In this document: positions 25,825-30,208 of the stretch, in pieces
Position numbering within the stretch: the first letter of the stretch is position 1
Layout of the letters: the number at the start of each line of letters is the position of its first letter
Origin: a virus
Taxonomy: Duplodnaviria > Caudoviricetes
Reading direction: 5' to 3' (one strand)
Length of the DNA stretch: 30,208 nt
Virus record (IMG/VR): IMGVR_UViG_3300025617_000075
Coordinates: 1-30,208 of that record
Notes under the pieces: generated by a model
What the model was told of the DNA's origin: nothing
Databases searched by the model: none
The model's input: only the letters and a program-made list of their open reading frames with translations
Made by a program: the position numbers and the translations under genes

Positions 25825-26246
25825 TACATCAGCTCCCTTGCGATCATACAAAACGTATCGAAGTCCACCTCACACGCATACCGCCAGTCATATGGGTTAG
25901 CGCCGCCAGAATACGCATTGAACTCAGCCATATCGACAACGGCTTGCAACGGTATCCGGCATCGCACCGGCATACGGTTGTATCTATATAGAAGCGCAGG
26001 CAGATTGTTAGCTAGCCGCGCTGATGTGCAGGCTTGATCGTACCATTCGGGCTTCGCAAACATGCCTTCTTTATAATGTTTACATTCGATGGTGAAGGGA
26101 AACGTGCCGGTGACTGGTCGCAGATCGCCTAGCCCAGCCTCACGCACTTGATCTAGTATACGTTCAAACTTAATGCCTAAACTATTAAACAAATCTGCGG
26201 CTATTTTTAATTCGAACCTAGAGCCTTTTGCTCTTGAATTAACCAT
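25824..26246 (-). CDS. Holliday-junction resolvase-like PD-(D/E)xK nuclease (T5 D14/Hjc-like)
   Basis: NSRAKG.RFE..IA...GDL...FTIECK...W..QA pattern; SD GGGAG. Confidence 0.75.
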   Translation of the reverse strand: MVNSRAKGSRFELKIAADLFNSLGIKFERILDQVREAGLGDLRPVTGTFPFTIECKHYKEGMFAKPEWYDQACTSARLANNLPALLYRYNRMPVRCRIPLQAVVDMAEFNAYSGGANPYDWRYACEVDFDTFCMIARELM

Positions 26247-26270
26247 ATGTATCTCCCGACTGGTCAGGAA

Positions 26271-26299
26271 AACCTAATATTTAATACATAGTGTTGCAA
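26271..26299 (-). promoter_or_regulatory. Leftward sigma70-like promoter
   Basis: Minus strand TTGCAA (26299-26294), 17 nt spacer, TAGGTT (26276-26271), upstream of the first leftward gene. Confidence 0.55.
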
Positions 26300-26339
26300 T
26301 ACCGCTGATAACTTTTTTCGATTTATGGCTATATTTTAC

Positions 26340-26370
26340 TTGAACATTATGTATTTTGGCTTAATATAAT
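26340..26370 (+). promoter_or_regulatory. Rightward sigma70-like promoter
   Basis: TTGAAC (26340-45) with TAATAT (26362-67, 16 nt spacer) or perfect TATAAT (26365-70, 19 nt spacer); SD AAGGGAG before 26403. Confidence 0.6.
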
Positions 26371-26402
26371 AAATATCAGACAGACAAAAGGGAGATTATC
26401 TG

Positions 26403-26756
26403 ATGACTTATTACAACGATCTAATGAATGAAACTAACGCTATAGCCGATGGTATCGTTACCTTTACAAATAGTTCTTGCCCTTATGATGATTGCGGTTC
26501 AATTATGTGTGAGATATCCAAAGACGATGAAACGTGGGTTTGGCTTCACGCTTTTGAAACAGAAGATGAAATGCTAGATGCTGGCGCTCCAATGCGGTTT
26601 CAAGTTGTTGTAATGAAAGAATCTATATTTATTGATGAGCTTGATCTTACGACAAACAATAAAGCCGTAGCTATCGCATACGCCGTTCAGCAAGCTAAGG
26701 ATATGCAGGATGAACAGGACGAAAAAGAATATGTGGAGATGTGCAACAATGACTAA
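26403..26756 (+). CDS. Acidic hypothetical protein, first rightward gene
   Basis: 117 aa, 26 D/E versus 6 K/R; strong SD. Confidence 0.75.
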   Translation: MTYYNDLMNETNAIADGIVTFTNSSCPYDDCGSIMCEISKDDETWVWLHAFETEDEMLDAGAPMRFQVVVMKESIFIDELDLTTNNKAVAIAYAVQQAKDMQDEQDEKEYVEMCNND

Positions 26757-27396
26757 CTACATCGCTTATTACCGTGTATCAACTCAGCGCCAAGGTCAAT
26801 CCGGCCTTGGCTTAGATGCCCAGCGTGTAGCTGTCGCGCCGTTCGCTGACAACATCATCGCAGAATATGTGGAAGTCGAGTCCGGCAAAAAGAATGACCG
26901 GCCACAATTAGCTGAGGCATTAGCCCACGCCAAACGTGAGGGCGCGACACTGTTGATCGCCAAGCTGGATCGTCTGGCGCGTAACGTGGCCTTTATCGCC
27001 AACTTGCTTGAAGCTAACGTGCCTATTACTTGCGCTGATATGCCAGAAGCCGACCGCACTATGCTACAGATGATGTCAGTCTTTGCTGAGTTTGAAGGCA
27101 GACGCATCAGTGAGCGCACTAAGTCCGCTCTAGCTGTCGCCAAGGCGCGTGGTGTAAAGCTGGGCAGTCCTAACCCACGCGCAGGCGGTAAAGCCGCTGG
27201 TGAAGCTCGTAGGGGCAAGACAGCCGCTATTGCTGGTGAAGCTATGCCCATCATTAAAACATTACGTCAGTCAGGCGTGTCGTTTGCGAAGATCGCCGAC
27301 ACCTTGAATGATGCAAGAATACCGTCAGCAATGGGCGGTGTGTGGCACAGCACATCTGTGCGTAACCTTTGCAATCGGGAGATAGAAAATGCATAG
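26749..27396 (+). CDS. Small serine recombinase (resolvase/invertase family)
   Basis: YYRVST.RQ (catalytic Ser), E.ESG...RPQL, KLDRLAR, AEFE...ISERTK.AL..AK.RG..LG, and C-terminal IA..LN...G.W..TSV. Probable start ATG 26749 (GGAG upstream). Confidence 0.92.
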   Translation: MTNYIAYYRVSTQRQGQSGLGLDAQRVAVAPFADNIIAEYVEVESGKKNDRPQLAEALAHAKREGATLLIAKLDRLARNVAFIANLLEANVPITCADMPEADRTMLQMMSVFAEFEGRRISERTKSALAVAKARGVKLGSPNPRAGGKAAGEARRGKTAAIAGEAMPIIKTLRQSGVSFAKIADTLNDARIPSAMGGVWHSTSVRNLCNREIENA

Positions 27397-27667
27397 GCAA
27401 ACAACTTTATGGGAAACGCAAAACCCCCATATGCTTTTCGCCACAAAGGGTGAGGCTTACCGCTGGTGGCTGTACAAAACTAACAAGCCGTGGCGTGACG
27501 CTGACGTAAAACGTCATGTCTTTATCAATAAAAGGGAACTCATCGCGTGGTTAAACAACACAATAAAAAAAGGTTATGATGAAATGACCAAAGGCGATAG
27601 CAGGGATGTCGCCTTGGACAAAATCGCCGCAATAATTTCTGAACATAAGGGAGATCAAAATGGCTAA
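27389..27667 (+). CDS. Hypothetical protein
   Basis: 92 aa; SD GGGAG; overlaps the recombinase stop. Confidence 0.65.
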   Translation: MHRQTTLWETQNPHMLFATKGEAYRWWLYKTNKPWRDADVKRHVFINKRELIAWLNNTIKKGYDEMTKGDSRDVALDKIAAIISEHKGDQNG

Positions 27668-27785
27668 ATGCTTAATGAATATAATTCTTGGTGGCTTTGC
27701 AGTCCTGTACTGCCTAAGCTGGACTAACATCTTACACCCCACCTATAATTTCTGGGGTGCAATCGCTTACTTTGGGGGCATGTAA
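27660..27785 (+). CDS. Small hydrophobic (membrane) protein, 41 aa (absent from ORF track)
   Basis: MAKCLMNIILGGFAVLYCLSWTNILHPTYNFWGAIAYFGGM. SD AAGGGAG; TAATG overlap with the YqaJ gene. Confidence 0.75.
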   Translation: MAKCLMNIILGGFAVLYCLSWTNILHPTYNFWGAIAYFGGM

Positions 27786-28750
27786 TGACTGATAAAATTG
27801 GAAAGATCACACCTGACGACATGCTGTCGGCTAGCCGTGTGCCTGTGTTGCTAGGGCTGTCGCCCTATGCAACGCAGAATGAGTTGCTATCTGAGATGAT
27901 CCAGCGCGATCACGATAAGTTCGAGCCTACGTTTCACGGCAGTGAGATCACTGAATGGGGCGACAGGTTAGAGAATGTTATTCTCAATGAAGCCGCCAAA
28001 CGTCTGGGCTTACGCAATCATGAAACCCATATAACCAAGCCGGAGTTCCATCCTGATCTGCCGATGGCCGCCAGCCTTGATGGGCTGGGCGTTGCCAACG
28101 GCACGATCAAAACTGATGTTGCTAATGGTATATACTGCATGACTGCTGATGAGATAGACATCAGCACCATAGGCGTTCTGGAAGCTAAAACCACCAGCGC
28201 GATGCCGGAAGAACAACCAGCCGCACACCGTGGCTTGTGGCAGTTACAGGCGCAGATGATGTGTGGCGGTTATAGATGGGGTGCAATCTGTGTGTTGTAT
28301 CGCGGCATCCAGATGCGTGTGTTTGTCTATGAGGCCGATCCGGTGATGCAGAAACGCATTGCCGATGCGGTGGTTGACTTTGAAGAACGCCGCAAAACTG
28401 GTGAGGTATACCCGGTGCTGTCTTCCGGAGATGGCAACCACGCCTACCCAGAGGCAGAGCCTGACGCTGAACCGCTTGATCTAAATGGTGAGCCGGATGT
28501 GCTGACAGCCTTTGAAGATTTAATGGCGGCCAAGGATGCGAAGAAGCAGGCCGAAGCTGACATAGATCAGGCTGAGGCTACGATCAAAGAGTATATGGGC
28601 AACCACGATCAGGCGCGTGTCAACATTGGTCTGTCGCAATACCAGATCAAATGGCCTATGCGCCGCACCAAGGCGCAAGCTGAGAAGGTTGTGCCTGCCA
28701 AGCCGGAAGCTACTGTCCGGCAGAAAACACTTAGCATTAAAGAGCTGTAG
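27785..28750 (+). CDS. YqaJ-like (lambda Exo family) exonuclease
   Basis: SAS....LLG.SPY.T, WG.RLE, ASLDG, LEAKT and QLQAQM motifs. Confidence 0.9.
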   Translation: MTDKIGKITPDDMLSASRVPVLLGLSPYATQNELLSEMIQRDHDKFEPTFHGSEITEWGDRLENVILNEAAKRLGLRNHETHITKPEFHPDLPMAASLDGLGVANGTIKTDVANGIYCMTADEIDISTIGVLEAKTTSAMPEEQPAAHRGLWQLQAQMMCGGYRWGAICVLYRGIQMRVFVYEADPVMQKRIADAVVDFEERRKTGEVYPVLSSGDGNHAYPEAEPDAEPLDLNGEPDVLTAFEDLMAAKDAKKQAEADIDQAEATIKEYMGNHDQARVNIGLSQYQIKWPMRRTKAQAEKVVPAKPEATVRQKTLSIKEL

Positions 28751-28752
28751 GG

Positions 28753-28780
28753 AAGGGGGCATCAGCCCCCTTTTTTATTT
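28753..28780. terminator. Intrinsic terminator between the convergent operons (clear on +, possibly bidirectional)
   Basis: AAGGGGGC-ATCA-GCCCCCTT followed by TTTTATTT, between the YqaJ stop and the holin stop. Confidence 0.8.
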
Positions 28781-29134
28781 CTTAGCCTTGACGCTGTCGA
28801 TGACACCGCCACCAAAATAAAAGCCCAGTATGATTAACATAGCATAGTTAATGCTAAACTGTTCCATCACCTTGGTCACTGCGTCCGGGTCACCATATCC
28901 GGATATCGTCATGCCCAGCACAATCATATAACTACCCAAGAACGTGCCACCAAACATCAAGGCCAAATATCTTTGGGCAATCTTGAATGGTGCGTACGAA
29001 TTCATGAGAGATATTCGCGCATCGCTCTTTGCTTTGATCTCTTCTTCGGTGCTGGTATGCATATCATCGATAAGGTCTAATCCCTTTTTGATGACATCAC
29101 CACCCCCAAGAATACTATTCAACACATTTAACAT
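28775..29134 (-). CDS. Probable holin (3TM/GTA-holin-like)
   Basis: N-terminal amphipathic segment, LIDD..TS.EE motif, two hydrophobic helices ending LGFYFGG; adjacent to the endolysin. Confidence 0.7.
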   Translation of the reverse strand: MLNVLNSILGGGDVIKKGLDLIDDMHTSTEEEIKAKSDARISLMNSYAPFKIAQRYLALMFGGTFLGSYMIVLGMTISGYGDPDAVTKVMEQFSINYAMLIILGFYFGGGVIDSVKAKK

Positions 29135-29506
29135 TTAATAACTCCATATGTTAGGACGCGGCCCACCAGCAAACGTGTCCAGATGCAAGAACCTACCAGC
29201 GCCGGACTGCTTCACGCCGATGCCGGTGAAGCCGTGCTTGAATGCCAGCGCCATAATCCGATACGATTGCTGGCCGTCACACTTGACATCGACTGCAACG
29301 CCTCTGGCGTGTGTTCCGGGGCGAGCCTTGCTAGCCTCAACCGGGTGCGTGGCATCACGATACCCTGACGTGATTGTCATGCCTTCGCCCAGCTCACTAC
29401 GCAATGCCTGTAGCTTATCCATAAAGCTGGCATCCATTGCACACTTGCCGGTGTGACTGCACTTGAGTTCAGCCTCACTGAAATTAGGATACTTTGACCA
29501 GTCCAT
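29135..29506 (-). CDS. Peptidase M15A-family endolysin
   Basis: NFS..EL.C, ITSGYR...H, H..G.AVD and FLHLD zinc-peptidase motifs. Confidence 0.9.
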   Translation of the reverse strand: MDWSKYPNFSEAELKCSHTGKCAMDASFMDKLQALRSELGEGMTITSGYRDATHPVEASKARPGTHARGVAVDVKCDGQQSYRIMALAFKHGFTGIGVKQSGAGRFLHLDTFAGGPRPNIWSY

Positions 29507-29919
29507 TATATTCTGCCTCTGATGATTTCAATTGCCTTGTTGAAACTGTCTTCTTCTATGTTACGGTTTTCAAAATACCTTTGGGTGAACCGCTTCGAGT
29601 ATTGTTGAACCTGTTCTGTTGCGTAAAAAACAACCCGGCGGTCGTTAATCGAGCAACAAGCAAGCATATCATAATCGTCAACGGTTGGCAGTATCTTCTT
29701 GTTTGTGCCGGATGCCAGTTGAAACTGATACCCATATGTGCTTTTGCTTTTCGGTTTTAGTGTGGCTGACTTGACTTGAACCCGAAGGAACTCACGTTCA
29801 GACCAGCAAACCAGATCAACCTTATCTTGCGCGGCAAGCGACACGCGCCAGCCCATCTGCAACAACGATGCGGCGGTTATATATTCACCAATCAGACCAA
29901 CGGTAGTTTCTGTTAGCAT
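29506..29919 (-). CDS. PD-(D/E)xK endonuclease-like protein
   Basis: G.IGE......L...GW.V...D.VDLV...RVQVKS. Confidence 0.75.
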   Translation of the reverse strand: MLTETTVGLIGEYITAASLLQMGWRVSLAAQDKVDLVCWSEREFLRVQVKSATLKPKSKSTYGYQFQLASGTNKKILPTVDDYDMLACCSINDRRVVFYATEQVQQYSKRFTQRYFENRNIEEDSFNKAIEIIRGRI

Positions 29920-30208
29920 TTATTTCCTTAAAAAATAAGCGACAGTGCCAGCTATCCCGACCATTAGGAAGACCGCCATTGCACCTACGAACATTTCTAA
30001 TATGAATTGCTTTTTGCGAGCGGCCTTCTTCTCAGCCTCACGTCTTTCTGTACGACACTTGGCTTGAAAAGCCTGCCAGTCAGCCCACAATCGTGGACGA
30101 CCAATGTATATCATTATCTTCTTGAGTTCATACTCAGCATCCTTGACTTGCTCCAATGCAAGAAATGCTTCTAAGTCTGAGCCGCCAACAGAAGATTTGT
30201 TCTTGCCA
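29920..30208 (-). CDS. Hypothetical protein with C-terminal transmembrane helix (5' end beyond window edge)
   Basis: Frame is open to the window end (...GKNKSSVGGSDLEAFLALEQVK...), so the ORF-track start at 30156 is probably internal. Hydrophobic C-terminus. Confidence 0.7.
   Translation of the reverse strand, partial: GKNKSSVGGSDLEAFLALEQVKDAEYELKKIMIYIGRPRLWADWQAFQAKCRTERREAEKKAARKKQFILEMFVGAMAVFLMVGIAGTVAYFLRK

Noticed and set aside
1-30208. Stop-codon reassignment or tRNA genes
   Set aside because: Genes are intact and densely packed under the standard code, using TAA, TGA and TAG stops. No cloverleaf with a T-loop (GTTCRA) was seen in the intergenic gaps.

Overview
This window holds most of the genome of a small tailed phage with a T7/BPP-1-like podovirus virion module. 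It resembles marine alphaproteobacterial phage contigs, although the host is only inferred. A divergent AT-rich promoter region lies at about 26250-26400. The long leftward (- strand) arm encodes, in order: nucleases, a C5 DNA methyltransferase, a probable SSB, a TOPRIM/AAA primase-helicase followed by an iteron-like origin, an HTH protein, terminase, portal, scaffold, capsid, tail tube A/B, ejection proteins, a tail fibre and an array of at least 3 small paralogous tail-tip genes. The short rightward arm encodes an acidic protein, a small serine recombinase, small ORFs and a YqaJ exonuclease, and it meets the lysis genes (holin, M15 endolysin) at a shared terminator. No DNA or RNA polymerase, tyrosine integrase, CI-like repressor, tRNA, CRISPR array or reverse transcriptase is visible. 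The main points of interest are: (1) a dual-coded methyltransferase whose motif-IX-like segment lies in a nested +1-frame gene (M.EcoHK31I-like two-subunit enzyme); (2) an ejection protein with a low-GC ART-PolyVal-like domain; (3) a translationally coupled paralog array sharing an identical 12-bp core; (4) a hairpin whose loop is complementary to two GGGAG sites in its own operon; (5) several small, highly charged ORFs missed by the ORF track. All family assignments are motif recognition by eye, not database searches.
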